From Histomonas meleagridis 2922-C6/04-290x (lineage: Eukaryota; Protista; Parabasalia), in NCBI GenBank assembly GCA_020184695.1, contig JAANOX010000233.1:1-64000 (forward strand): a stretch of DNA of 64,000 nt, in the 5' to 3' direction. Shown piece after piece: positions 45,162-56,556 of the stretch. Each line of letters begins with the position of its first letter. Within the stretch, counting starts at the first letter, position 1. The notes under the pieces are model-generated. The model searched no databases. It was not told where the DNA came from and saw nothing but the letters and a program-made list of their open reading frames with translations. Position numbers and translations under genes: made by a program.

Positions 45162-45811
45162 ATAAACAATTTTATCCAAACATGTTTATTATTTCACCCA
45201 AAACGAACGTTTGAATTCAAAAAGTTCTTTTGAAGAATACGATAGAACTTTGTGTGTGACAATTTTTGTTATCTCATTGAATTTCAGAAAAATTAGTTGA
45301 ATGAAAACTCTCCAGTATTAACTTATAACTAAAATAAATATATTTATGTTATCATTTTTGTTTGATGTTTTTGCATATTTAATAATGAATTAATTTAGCT
45401 TTTGTTTAGTGATTGATTTATCTATAATTATTCGAGCATAATATGCTCAGCTTATTATTATGGAAAACCTTGGATACTTATTCTATTTTCAAGTGGTTAT
45501 TTGTAAGAGTTGATCTAACATCGGAGAAATTTTGCACAAGAACAATTTCTAACCAAGTTAGAAGTCAAACAAAAGTATAAATTATCCATGATGACAACTA
45601 AAACTATTTTTATTTTTACAAAAATGTTTTTTTTCCTAAGCAACGGCTTTTTTCTTCTTTTTGAATAATTGAAGAATGATTTCTTTTGATGATTTGTATT
45701 TTTTTCAATTCTTGAAAACAAAACTTTTGGCATAAATTTCTCACTCAATATTTGAAATGCATTCTTACCAATTTTTACACAAAATATTTGTTTCAAAAAA
45801 ACACATCACAA

Positions 45812-46039
45812 ATGTCTGTTTGTCCAGGGTGTGCATCAAAGTGTGCAGTATGTGGTGCTTCAGGCGCTACACATAATGGCGTAAAAGCATGTAGAAATTG
45901 TTACAAAGCAAAGAACCTTGGTATGAAATGCCCGGTTTGTGGAAAGTCAAGAGGAAACTCGACAATGGGAAGACTTTGCAGTCGTTGCTCTAGTAAGCGC
46001 AGGGCTAACCACTGTGATTTTTGTGGTGGTAAAATCTGA
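45812..46039 (+). CDS. 75-aa six-CxxC zinc protein, PHF5A/Rds3-like
   Basis: 12 Cys as six CxxC with spacing close to PHF5A; GRLCSRC and KCxxCG motifs. Confidence 0.65.
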   Translation: MSVCPGCASKCAVCGASGATHNGVKACRNCYKAKNLGMKCPVCGKSRGNSTMGRLCSRCSSKRRANHCDFCGGKI

Positions 46040-46774
46040 CGTACAAAGTAAATAATAATCCAGATTAATATAACTATTTATATATTGATTTTGTCTTGCT
46101 ATACAGCACAATCATTAAATTTTGTTTTTTAGTTTTTTAAATAATGTGTTATTCATCATTGATTTCTTTCTTATCATTTTCGTTTTCAAAATCTGTTTTA
46201 AAAAATGATTGAATCAATCGTTTAATACTATTCTGAAATTGTAAGTTATTATTTTTTCATCCATTTTGATAACATTCAATGGATTTAATCCATTTTTGCT
46301 ACATAGAATTCCATTGTTATTTTAATTACTAAAATTTAAATTATTTGTAACAATAGTTATTAATGCATTTGGTAAAGTAACATTCGTTAACATCATTTTG
46401 CAAAATGTAATTATGCATAATTTTAAGTAAACATGGGTAGTTGACTAAAAACTGTTTCGAGATAATAACAATATTTAAATATCGTTTCAATATTTTCTGG
46501 AAGTGAATCACACATAATAACGTATGTAATTTTGAAAAAATGCACTTGTACAGCTAAAATTTCAAAAGCTCCTTCACCAGTTATAATATACTCGGCTTTA
46601 GTTGAACATTGTTGATGCATCATTAAATTTGTTTGCATCAGTTATAGTTATTTTTATTGTTGATCATCAAAAGATACCAAAAATTTTTATTTCCTTTATA
46701 GAAAACAGAATTTTTTAAAGAAAGAAAAAAATTTGAAATAATACTCGAAACACAAATATTTTATTCAAGAAAAT

Positions 46775-46909
46775 AAACGGCTGCTAACCAGCCATAATTT
46801 CAAAAGAAAGTACAGAAAGCGGTGCACTTGCATTGTGCTTCGCTGATACACTTTCGCACAAAACGCTTTAGTGTGTAGAACCTTCACTAAAGCAATATGA
46901 TTTTTTTTT
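46775..46909. ncRNA. Candidate structured RNA or small mobile-element relic
   Basis: GC-enriched island with a 9-bp perfect stem (46865-46873/46885-46893), further stems, a terminal GGCTG/CAGCC hairpin and a T9 run. Confidence 0.3.
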
Positions 46910-47988
46910 CATGAAATATATATTTCATTTCCTTTGTATACAGAATATTATCTAGTGATTCTTTTGCTAACATTTAATGAATCTCATATTTTTTTTGGTA
47001 ATTGCATGTACCAACAATATAAATATGGAGATCGATCTACATGTCAAATTTGAGCGACAGTAAACCCATATGGGGTGATGTGATTTGCCTTGTCAACAAA
47101 TCTTTATTTATAGCTTGTAAACATGAATTTTTTGAAGCAATTTGGGGAAAATGTTTGATTTTTTTGAGAAAAAATCCATTTTTTCATGTAAACTTTTAAA
47201 ATTCATTTTTTTTTTTTTTTTGAAATTTTTGAATTTATTTGATATGTGTACTTAAAAAAATATGATTTTGCTCCTTTATTTCAAAGTGTTTCTATCTCAC
47301 TCAGTATCAAAATCTTGTATAATATGTTTTATTTAATGGCTAGATTAACACAATGCCTAAAAGGGAATTTCTTTCGTAGAGTTATTGCTCTTATTTCAGC
47401 AACATTACATTATTTCTTTCACAAGCACAAAACCACTATCAGATATAAATCCTTTAGCATTTACCAATATACTGCAAACTATGCTATGGCATCATATTTA
47501 TACCAAAATACAATATTTGGTCCCCTGTCTAAAAAATTATGGTTAACACTTACATTACTAAATCAAATACATTTACTAATTAATTTTAAATGTTCTTATT
47601 CATATTTATTAACTTTAACCAATTTGAGCTTTTTTCGATTGTAGTATCTATGTACTAAAGGAGTGATTTTTGATGTTGGAAAGATGGTAACGATTTCATA
47701 TATTGCGGATTACAGAAAATTGAAATCAATATCGATATCACTGCCAAGAATTACTAGCTGCTATTTAGTGATGCTTTCATCGAGTTGAAGCTATTAAAGA
47801 TGTAATTGAGGTTAACCTGCGATTTTAGTTATTTTTTAATAGGCTCATCAATTTTTTATCTTTACAAATATTCTATTGGAGATTTATATTAACTTTAAAA
47901 CATTGAGCTCAATATCTTGCTATTACCAAATTTATTGGAAATAGAAGTTCGAGATATGGAAGCAGAGTATTTCTTATTATAATAAAAA

Positions 47989-48927
47989 TCATCCGACTTT
48001 GAGTGAAGCAAACTCTTGTCTCAGTTCGGTTAGTTTTTGCATTGTATTACGATAATTTTCTTTTTCAATTTGGATTTCTTTCTTAAGTTTTCTGCTAATT
48101 TCCAAAAGCTTTTTTGCTTTTGCAAAATGTTTACCTACCTCAGCATTGGATGAATCCCTTAGTTCTTCTATACTTGGTTGAGGCTCCTTATTTTTAAGCA
48201 TTTTTAATCGCTTTTCAAGTTCTTCTTCAATGATTTTTATTGATTCTTCTTCATGTTCTCTTGCAAGACGAAGTTCCTTTGATCTATGAAGAAGTTGCGT
48301 TTCGAACTCTGTTTTAATTCGAGATAACTCCGTTTTATATCGTTCATCGGCTTCGACTTTTGCACGACTAAGTTCAAGTAAACGCTGCGCTTCAAATGCG
48401 TGATTAATTCTGCTTTCAAGTTGAGATTCTTTTTCTTTTTTGATACGTTCGAGCTGTTCCGATACCATTTGTTCCCTTTGTTTTTGTTGTGTTAATATTC
48501 GTTGCAATCGAATATTTTGATCTATCAAAGATAGTCTTTCTTCAACTGATTGTGATTCAGTTTGAAGTGCAATACTTTTTAAATTGTTTGGTCGACGCTT
48601 TCTTTTAATAAGTGTTTCTAAAATATTATCTTCAATTTTTTCTAGATGTATTTGACGAAGGATATCAGAATGTGGAATTTTATGGAATGCTGTCTCTTCT
48701 ACAAATACATGTAAAGTGTTTCTATAAGAGTATGCTTTAAGGTAATCTGCAATTATATTGCAAATTATTTCAGAGCGTAAAGAATGTTGAAATGATGGAT
48801 AGGAAAAATTTTTTTTATGCCTTGCATAATCATGTAAAGCAAGGCGTAACTGTATTTTGTAAGATTGAACAAAGTTACAATTGGAAAGATGATTTATTAT
48901 TGAATTTTTAAATTCTTCTTCTTCCAT
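47989..48927 (-). CDS. OFD1/FOP-like LisH + coiled-coil (basal-body-type) protein
   Basis: LisH-like ICNIIADYLKAYSYRNTLHVFVEE after a KIQLR segment; long coiled coil. Confidence 0.7.
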   Translation of the reverse strand: MEEEEFKNSIINHLSNCNFVQSYKIQLRLALHDYARHKKNFSYPSFQHSLRSEIICNIIADYLKAYSYRNTLHVFVEETAFHKIPHSDILRQIHLEKIEDNILETLIKRKRRPNNLKSIALQTESQSVEERLSLIDQNIRLQRILTQQKQREQMVSEQLERIKKEKESQLESRINHAFEAQRLLELSRAKVEADERYKTELSRIKTEFETQLLHRSKELRLAREHEEESIKIIEEELEKRLKMLKNKEPQPSIEELRDSSNAEVGKHFAKAKKLLEISRKLKKEIQIEKENYRNTMQKLTELRQEFASLKVG

Positions 48928-48956
48928 CTATTCTGCCGTTTACAATTAACAACAAA

Positions 48957-51900
48957 ATGGAAAAAGCAAATGAGTTACTTCATCGTTTAAGAAAGATTAG
49001 AGAATCATTGAACAAAAACTCAAATCAAGATATACATCCTCAAAAAAGAACAACAAAAAAGTCTGATAATTTAGATTATTCAAATTCTAAAAAGAAAAAG
49101 AAAATAGCCCCATCCAAGCAAAAAAATAGCAAAGAAACGATATTTGAAAGGCAGATGAGACAACAAGAAATAAAATCTAAAAAACAAGTTCATCATGATG
49201 AAACACATACCTCACTTTCTAGAGCTCCCAATGCACAAAGAAATAAAACAAAAGCTTCGATAAATAATCAGTTCGTTTCATCGAATGCAATAAGGTCAAA
49301 AACAACACGCAAATCAATTCCTCAAAACTTAAACCAATCTAAAACATCCAAAAAGAATATAATAAAACAAAACACACAATTAGATTATAATTCAAATCTT
49401 CCAATTACCAAGACATCTAAAGGCATTCAATCAAATATTGCAAGTCAAAGCGAAAAAGATAACTTACCATTTTACAAAAATAACAAATTAACACAACCAG
49501 GTATTACAAAATCAATTAATCCAAAGCATGAAAAAGATGATATTATTTTTGAAAACATCAATGATTTCCTCTTTAAAAAGAAACTTTCTAAAAATTTATC
49601 AGATTCAAATCAATCAAGTGATATTGAAAAGCCAATAAATTCTGTTTCTTTATCAAAGAAATATGGTATTCCATCATCTTCATCGGATGAACCTATATTC
49701 ACTAAAGAAACAAATAATATCACTTCATCAGATTCAACAGACGACTTATTACAAAAGCCAAAGACATCCTCTTTAACTACAGAAAAAATTCGTCTAAAAG
49801 CTAAAATGCTTTTATCAGATTCTTCATCATCAATAAATTATTTTAAAAAATATTATGCAAATAAACTTCAAATTAGTTCTCCATATGAAGTACATTCTCC
49901 TACAAAAGGCGATGGCAGTATAGAGATAATTGCAACAAACATTTATCAAACGAGCAATTATTCAATGAATCAAAATAGTCAAAGTGAAGAAGAAAATGTT
50001 TATGAAAAACAAAAAATATTTAATGACAAAATAAGTTCTTCAGACAAAATAGAAAATAAATTAATTAATAAGGATATAAATGAAAAGAAATTAGAAGAAA
50101 GGAATTATGGAATAAGTTCATCAGATAAAATATCTCAATCAGATAAAAATTTCAATATTAATGAATTCCAGATTAGTTCGTCAAGCGAAGACGAAATTAT
50201 GAAACCAAATGCTAAAGAAGTAAATAATAATATTATCAATTCTAAACAAGAAATAAATCAAACAAACAGTGATAATTCTGATGATTTTAATTATGATGAA
50301 AACAGAATAAGTTCAAATACAAAAGAGTATTTACATCCATCAAAAGAAGAAAAGAACAACTTCAATATCAATGATTATCAGATAAGTTCATCAAGCGAAG
50401 ATGAAACCATGAAACCAAATACTATAAAAGTAAACAATAATTTTGAAGCTAAACAAACAAATAATGTTAATATTGATAATTTTAATTATGATAAAAAAGA
50501 ATATCAGATAAGTTCATCAAGTGATAACGAAACAATGGCTACAAAAAATGAAATTAATAAAAATAATTATTTCCAACTTAGCTCATCTGATGAAGATGAA
50601 ATTATGCAAATAAACAAAACACTAAATAAATATATCGAATCTAACCCAAAAATTAATAAATACGAACATATTAATGCAAAAAGTTATTTAAATGAACAAA
50701 AAACAAACAATTTAAGTAGTGTAAAAGAAGAAACAAAGAAATTTGAATTTATGGAAGTTTTACCAAATTCTAAAAATAGTAAAAATGTTTCTTCTGATTA
50801 TGATGAAAATGAAAAAATCAAATCAAATTTAAATAAAGAAGAAACAAAAATATTAAATACTGAAATTAAATCAAATGAAAAAGAACTAAATAAAAATGAA
50901 TATATCAGTTCTTCAAGTGATAATAAATTGTTACAAAACAATAATGATTTTAATATAAAAGATTTTCAAATAAGTTCATCAAGCGAAAATGAAATTACAC
51001 AAAAGAATAAAGAAAAAGTTCAAAACTTTAATATTAAAACAAATCAAATATTAAGTATAAATAAAATAAACGATTTCAATTTGGATGAAGATTTAATTAA
51101 TTCTTCGAGTTCAATTGAATATAAAAGGAGCAAATCAGATCCAAACAAAAACGAAATAAACAAAATTAATAAAAATGAACTCATTAATTCTTCAAATGTT
51201 AATGAATCAATGAATTCTAATAATGAAGAAATGAATGATTTCAATATAAATGATTTCAAAATTAGTTCATCAAGCGAAAATGAAATTATACAAAAAGATG
51301 TTGAATCAAAAACAATGTTAAATATCAATAAAACAAATGATTTCAATATCAATTTAGATGAAAATTTGATCAATTCATCAGATTCAAATGAAGACAAAAC
51401 AAAAATATTAAACGAAGAAAATATTAAAGTTAAAACAAATTCAGTATTAAAGAAGTTAAACATTGATGATTTCGAATTAAGTTCTTCAAGTGATAATGAA
51501 AAACATCAAATCAAAAAAGAAGAAAATCCAAAATTCGATATTGATCAACTTGAAATTAGTTCTTCAAGTGAAAATGAAACACAACAAAATAATCAAAAAG
51601 AAAACACTTTAATTATTAATAAACCTATAAAACAGAATGATGACAATGAAAATAAAAACTTAAGTTCTGAAAGCGATTTTAATGAAGAAACAAAAAATTT
51701 AAATAATAAATTTATGTCTTTTTCTGATGAAGAAGAAAACATCAATGAATCTGATAAACAAATGAAAATGTCATTAATATCGTCAAGTAGTGGCATTAAA
51801 AGGAATTTCTTGATTCCAAAAGAAAAAACAAAACAAATTAACTCAATTCAACAAGATAAATCGAAATTAGAAGAAAAAAGTTTAAATGAAGAAGAAGTTT

Positions 51901-52049
51901 CTGATCCACAAAAGAAAAATGAAAAGAAAAAAGATTTCGGTTCGGAAAGCGATGACTTTAGTTCAGAAGATATTGATATAAAGGCACTACTGGCAAAATA
52001 TAACATAGAAGATATCGAAGAAATATGTTTGGAAGAGGAATCAGCTTAA
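48957..52049 (+). CDS. Low-complexity N/S/E/K-rich disordered protein with repeated F(N/D)IxD(F/Y)xISSSSE motifs, 1030 aa
   Basis: Intact long ORF; about ten copies of the motif between ~50150 and 51590. Confidence 0.8.
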   Translation: MEKANELLHRLRKIRESLNKNSNQDIHPQKRTTKKSDNLDYSNSKKKKKIAPSKQKNSKETIFERQMRQQEIKSKKQVHHDETHTSLSRAPNAQRNKTKASINNQFVSSNAIRSKTTRKSIPQNLNQSKTSKKNIIKQNTQLDYNSNLPITKTSKGIQSNIASQSEKDNLPFYKNNKLTQPGITKSINPKHEKDDIIFENINDFLFKKKLSKNLSDSNQSSDIEKPINSVSLSKKYGIPSSSSDEPIFTKETNNITSSDSTDDLLQKPKTSSLTTEKIRLKAKMLLSDSSSSINYFKKYYANKLQISSPYEVHSPTKGDGSIEIIATNIYQTSNYSMNQNSQSEEENVYEKQKIFNDKISSSDKIENKLINKDINEKKLEERNYGISSSDKISQSDKNFNINEFQISSSSEDEIMKPNAKEVNNNIINSKQEINQTNSDNSDDFNYDENRISSNTKEYLHPSKEEKNNFNINDYQISSSSEDETMKPNTIKVNNNFEAKQTNNVNIDNFNYDKKEYQISSSSDNETMATKNEINKNNYFQLSSSDEDEIMQINKTLNKYIESNPKINKYEHINAKSYLNEQKTNNLSSVKEETKKFEFMEVLPNSKNSKNVSSDYDENEKIKSNLNKEETKILNTEIKSNEKELNKNEYISSSSDNKLLQNNNDFNIKDFQISSSSENEITQKNKEKVQNFNIKTNQILSINKINDFNLDEDLINSSSSIEYKRSKSDPNKNEINKINKNELINSSNVNESMNSNNEEMNDFNINDFKISSSSENEIIQKDVESKTMLNINKTNDFNINLDENLINSSDSNEDKTKILNEENIKVKTNSVLKKLNIDDFELSSSSDNEKHQIKKEENPKFDIDQLEISSSSENETQQNNQKENTLIINKPIKQNDDNENKNLSSESDFNEETKNLNNKFMSFSDEEENINESDKQMKMSLISSSSGIKRNFLIPKEKTKQINSIQQDKSKLEEKSLNEEEVSDPQKKNEKKKDFGSESDDFSSEDIDIKALLAKYNIEDIEEICLEEESA

Positions 52050-52346
52050 GTATTTATGTATTTTTATGTGTTTTGATGTAAATGATTTTTTTATTTTTTC
52101 AAATTTTTTTTCATTGTGAGCTTGTTTCTATTGCTTGAAATGAAATTACGGTTCAAATGTAATATATATTCAATCAATCGATATAAATATATAAAGAAAT
52201 TACATAACATTTCAACGATGAATTAAATGTAAAGATTGATACACTCTACAAAAGAATATTCATATATATTATATATTCATTAAATGTTATTATATCTGCT
52301 TGAGAGTTTTAACGTCCTCCACTTTTCAAAAAGTGCAAAATTTCCG

Positions 52347-52658
52347 ATGGACCCCAACAATCAACCAAATTTCGAACTTGACACTGAGCAAAATCTCACA
52401 TTTGATGAAAAGGTAACATTTCTTGTAACAACTACAGGTGAAATTAAGTGCATTTCAAAGCAAATTGGTCAAGAGTTATATGAACAAAATATGCTTCTAG
52501 ATGATCTAGGTCAAGAAATGGACAAAGTAAAAAATAGATTGGACAAATACAATAATCAAATGAAAGAGATAGTTCACTCAAAACAAGGTCCCCTTCTTCT
52601 CATTTCTGTAATTCTCACAATTGTTTTAATTTTTCTCCTTTCGTGGGTGATTCTTTAA
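52347..52658 (+). CDS. Small Qc-type t-SNARE (Bet1/syntaxin-6-like)
   Basis: SNARE heptad IGQELYEQNMLLDDLGQEMDKVKNRL followed by a C-terminal TM; ATG at 52347. Confidence 0.85.
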   Translation: MDPNNQPNFELDTEQNLTFDEKVTFLVTTTGEIKCISKQIGQELYEQNMLLDDLGQEMDKVKNRLDKYNNQMKEIVHSKQGPLLLISVILTIVLIFLLSWVIL

Positions 52659-53160
52659 GAGGACACCAACTGTTTAGGTAACTTTTAACATTAATTATTT
52701 GTAATAAATATCATATAAAATAAATTTCAAATCAACCATTTTAGTGGTTACAACCAATGCTCTTCTTACTGAACAGAATTGCATTATTTACAATTAAAGA
52801 ATTGGTTTGAAAAATTAGATATCTCAGTTTACATCTAAAATGAATGGCATTTTGAGATAACGCAAAATTACAAAAATAAAACGCATAGTTATTGTGTCAT
52901 AACATTATGTTAATAATAAATTTAATGTCAATATTTAATAATCAATTTCGATATGCATACTTTTAACATTCTACCAACAACTGATTCCTTCTTTACTTGA
53001 TAAAACATTTTAATTTGATTGTATAAACAATACTTGTTACTATGCAAAAAAATAAACAATTTAATCTCAGATATCCAAAAAATTATTCACCAAAATACTT
53101 TGAAGCTTTAGCTCATTAACCTGTATGCTAAAAATCAATTTAGTATGGAAATTGAGTTGT

Positions 53161-53550
53161 TTATTCTTGTTGTTCTTGTGGAACTGGATCGAATGCTTCT
53201 CTGAATGCTTCAACATCCGGTGTGATAACACTTCCATACTTCATAACAGCGCAAGCACCGCATTTAATTTGACGGCGAACTGTACCATCGTGACGGATTG
53301 ATGCAAGGCCTAAGGCTCTGCCGAGAAGTTCTTTTTCTGGAACGGCAATTAACTTAACTTCATTCTTCTTTGCGAGACCTGTGATAAGGGCCTTGTAGTC
53401 TTTGTTATCGGTATCGTCTGCAAGGAAAACAAGCTTGGCCTTTCCCTTGATGATTGCCTTGACTGTGCAGTTGAATCCTTTGGCAACGCGACCAGAAAGG
53501 TTGATTTGACGGAGACCATTTTCGATAACAGCAGTGTTTTCTTCAGCCAT
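53161..53550 (-). CDS. RPS12: 40S ribosomal protein S12 (eS12)
   Basis: L7Ae-fold motifs VAKGFNCTVKAI..AKLVFLADDTD..YKALITGLA and the C-terminal KCGACAV.KYG segment. Confidence 0.9.
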   Translation of the reverse strand: MAEENTAVIENGLRQINLSGRVAKGFNCTVKAIIKGKAKLVFLADDTDNKDYKALITGLAKKNEVKLIAVPEKELLGRALGLASIRHDGTVRRQIKCGACAVMKYGSVITPDVEAFREAFDPVPQEQQE

Positions 53551-53575
53551 ATGAAAAAAGGAAGGCCAAACCGTT
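53551..53575 (-). promoter_or_regulatory. M3 (ACGGTT) + M5 (CCTTT) core promoter of RPS12
   Basis: Minus strand reads AAACGGTTTGGCCTTCCTTTTTTCATATG. Confidence 0.65.
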
Positions 53576-53966
53576 TTTAATTCAATAGGTTTGTTTGATC
53601 CCTTAAAAAAATTTTTTTCAGGTGGTTACCAGTAATTTACTTGCTAAATAGGATTTCCTTGGAAACCTTTTTATTTGTAAGATACTAAGGCGTATATCTT
53701 TTGGGTCAGAAATCATATGAAATTTTTCATAAAATAATGATTTTTAGCAAATTGATAAAAAAATAAATATTACCAAACCCATACAACGAAAAATTGAATT
53801 GAAAATCATCGTTTCCAATTCAATAATCACTCAATTTTTTTATCGGTAATTACTACACATTGTGTTTTTAACACTTCGATAAGAACTCTTATATAAGATA
53901 TTAACAAAAGATTTTACAAACACGCAATAAGATAAAAACCTATCTTCATTCATACAAAACAAAATA

Positions 53967-55067
53967 CTAAAGACTTAATTTGAAGAAGCAATGCTCCATC
54001 ACATCTGCAATTGACCATCTTTTTTCAGGCTCAAACTCAAGCATGTGGGTGACCAAGTCGTACAGCTCATTGATTGCATTTCTTACATTTGGATTATTTC
54101 CATCTGGTACTGAATCGAAAAATTCTCGAATAGACCAATCGAAAAATTTCGAGTGGAGCGACTGGATATCACTACTTTTACTTTGTATTTTGTGGTTCAC
54201 GCAGAATTCTTTTTCTGTTATAAGTTCATTTCTATCATTGAAAAATTCCTTCCGCCGCGGCGACCGTTTAATCAATGATTTTGGAATTTTTTTGCCGACT
54301 CGTTTCTGCATCAGTTCCAGCAGATGCAGCTCGTTTTGCCCAGGGAAAATGGGGTTACCTTGCAGTATCTCAGCAATGAGGCATCCCATTGACCATACAT
54401 CGGATTTGTTAGTAAATTCGAGACCTAATACAATTTCAGGAGGTCTGTAGTAACGTGTAACACAATAGCTGATTTTATTGTGATCATATACACGAGCGTT
54501 ACCAAAGTCAGTGAGTTTAACCTCCTTGAATGTAGAATCTGTGAATAATATATTTTCTGGTTTGATATCTAAATGAACGAAATTTATTGAATGAATACTG
54601 TTCAGTGCATGACAAATTTGTCTTGAGTACAATTGTACGTATTGAATTGGAAGTCCGGTAAATTTTCGGAATTCAATTAATTCATACATATTAACAGAAA
54701 GTAGTTCATAAAGAATGCATTCATGTCCGCAATACTTCAGAGGTCCGTACATTTGCACAACATGACGCGACTCTGATTTGTTGAGTAAAGATGAAATTTT
54801 CGACATAATGACTGCTTCATTAACAATTACTTTAGAACATTTACTGTTCCCAATTTTTAGTGCATATTTTTTCCCATTATATAAATTTCTTACTTCGTAA
54901 ACACACCCAAAAGCTCCCATACCTGCACATGAAAGAAATTCAAGTTTGATTTTAGGGCCAAGAACATATATTTCTCCTTCAAAAACAATTAAATTTCCCT
55001 CGCAATTGTCTCGACTTTGGCATGAAATTGGTGTGTCTGGATTCGTTAGTGGCTTTCTTCTACGCAT
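53967..55067 (-). CDS. CMGC DYRK/YAK-family kinase
   Basis: GMGAFGCV, HLDIKPENIL, TDFGNA, SYCVTRYYRPPEI, DVWSMGC. Confidence 0.9.
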   Translation of the reverse strand: MRRRKPLTNPDTPISCQSRDNCEGNLIVFEGEIYVLGPKIKLEFLSCAGMGAFGCVYEVRNLYNGKKYALKIGNSKCSKVIVNEAVIMSKISSLLNKSESRHVVQMYGPLKYCGHECILYELLSVNMYELIEFRKFTGLPIQYVQLYSRQICHALNSIHSINFVHLDIKPENILFTDSTFKEVKLTDFGNARVYDHNKISYCVTRYYRPPEIVLGLEFTNKSDVWSMGCLIAEILQGNPIFPGQNELHLLELMQKRVGKKIPKSLIKRSPRRKEFFNDRNELITEKEFCVNHKIQSKSSDIQSLHSKFFDWSIREFFDSVPDGNNPNVRNAINELYDLVTHMLEFEPEKRWSIADVMEHCFFKLSL

Positions 55068-55572
55068 TTTTACATTCTACCCAACGATTTTTGAAAATGT
55101 GACATTTTATGTGAAATGGTAAAATTTCCCCTGAAAAAGTGGATTTGAATTTGCAAAATTTGCCAGCAAACATTCAAATGTTTTTGTGCGATATTTACGC
55201 CGAAAGTTCCCATATCTTAACTCTACAAAGAAAATAAAATCCTCACAGGTTATAGAAATATTTCATGTTTATTTTATATTGGTCTTCGTTTGTGATTTGA
55301 AATATTCAAAAAATTGAAATTAAAAAATTATTTTTTTTTTTGCTTTCATTACAGTGATTAGTATAAAAAAGCATAGATATTGTTAATTTATTTAGTATAA
55401 TAAAACTAAATCGAAAATTTACTGAATTATAAATAAATGGAAAAATATTCAAAATTATGTATATTAATAAAAAAAAAAAAATTTATTTTTTAAAAGAATA
55501 AATAATTTTCATTTCCGAATAATACAAAGGAACAAAAACCATTTTAATGAATATAAAAATTTATTAAAACAT

Positions 55573-56556
55573 TTATAACAATTTATCTTGTTCATCGTTA
55601 ATGCCATAAAAAGGCAATGCGTAGTCATCAACATCACTAAAAACAGGTATTGGCCACAGCCACAAATACCATTTTTTCCTGCTTCCGAATATTTCTTCCC
55701 AGTTCTTTATACATGAGCCCTTTCCATAGTTTGGTATAATTTTCTTTTTATTTCTTTCTTTCATTTCTTCGATTTGAGTTTTGTTTATTGATATTCGATA
55801 AACATTACCAACAACAATTGAAGCAGTCATAAAATAGAAAATTAATGATGCAATAGCAAAGGAAATGGTTAAAATTATTGGTAACTTTTTACCTTTGTTC
55901 TCATATATCGAAATAACACTTGAAATGCCACGAAATATACAATAAAGTTCTAATGTCATATAAATTATACCCCACAAATTAAAAATAAAAAAGATTTTAT
56001 GGTTACGGCGGCCTATGAAAGTTGAAGTCCAGCCACAAAAATGATCTGGTCGAATGACTAATCGATCTGTCATATTAAAAAATTCAACTCGCGTAGGATA
56101 TTTTTGCTGTTGAACATATTCAAATTGATCACTGCGTGTTACATAACCACTTAAATGATCATGAATCTCGTAACGATTAATTTTTAAAGGATAATAAAAT
56201 GGAAGATAACCAGGACCAACATAAATACAAACAATATATGAAAGAATATATATAAAATATGCAAACCCAATAAAAATTGATAATGTACTACTGAGCCATT
56301 TAGCATATGGAAAAATATACTGACGAAGAATAAGAAAATAGGAACAAGAAATAAGAGTTAAAACTACTATGGGGAAAAATAATTGGATTTTCCAATGATT
56401 TAAAAAATATTTGTGAATTTTTGGTATATAATTTAATTGAATACCACAAAAGGTGCATATATTCCTCCAATCTGTAGGTGGAGGAAGGGGAACTTGAGAA
56501 TATAGTGGATTTGCTTCGTCATCATTTGAAAAATCTTGTGTTTCGTTATCCTCCAT
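55573..56556 (-). CDS. DHHC-family palmitoyltransferase, DHFC variant
   Basis: 4-TM layout, GPG before the cytosolic loop, IRPDHFCGW...IGRRNHKIF, TQIE and NWEEIFG motifs. Confidence 0.9.
   Translation of the reverse strand: MEDNETQDFSNDDEANPLYSQVPLPPPTDWRNICTFCGIQLNYIPKIHKYFLNHWKIQLFFPIVVLTLISCSYFLILRQYIFPYAKWLSSTLSIFIGFAYFIYILSYIVCIYVGPGYLPFYYPLKINRYEIHDHLSGYVTRSDQFEYVQQQKYPTRVEFFNMTDRLVIRPDHFCGWTSTFIGRRNHKIFFIFNLWGIIYMTLELYCIFRGISSVISIYENKGKKLPIILTISFAIASLIFYFMTASIVVGNVYRISINKTQIEEMKERNKKKIIPNYGKGSCIKNWEEIFGSRKKWYLWLWPIPVFSDVDDYALPFYGINDEQDKLL

Noticed and set aside
47246-47644. 132-aa ORF and other short F/I/L/Y/K-rich ORFs (e.g. 39659-40042, 29266-29454, 46423-46638)
   Set aside because: Composition typical of random AT-rich DNA, no motifs.
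5493-54450. Numerous antisense or overlapping ORFs in the track (e.g. 33197-33622, 51044-51463, 53980-54450)
   Set aside because: They are shadows of well-supported genes on the other strand or frame.
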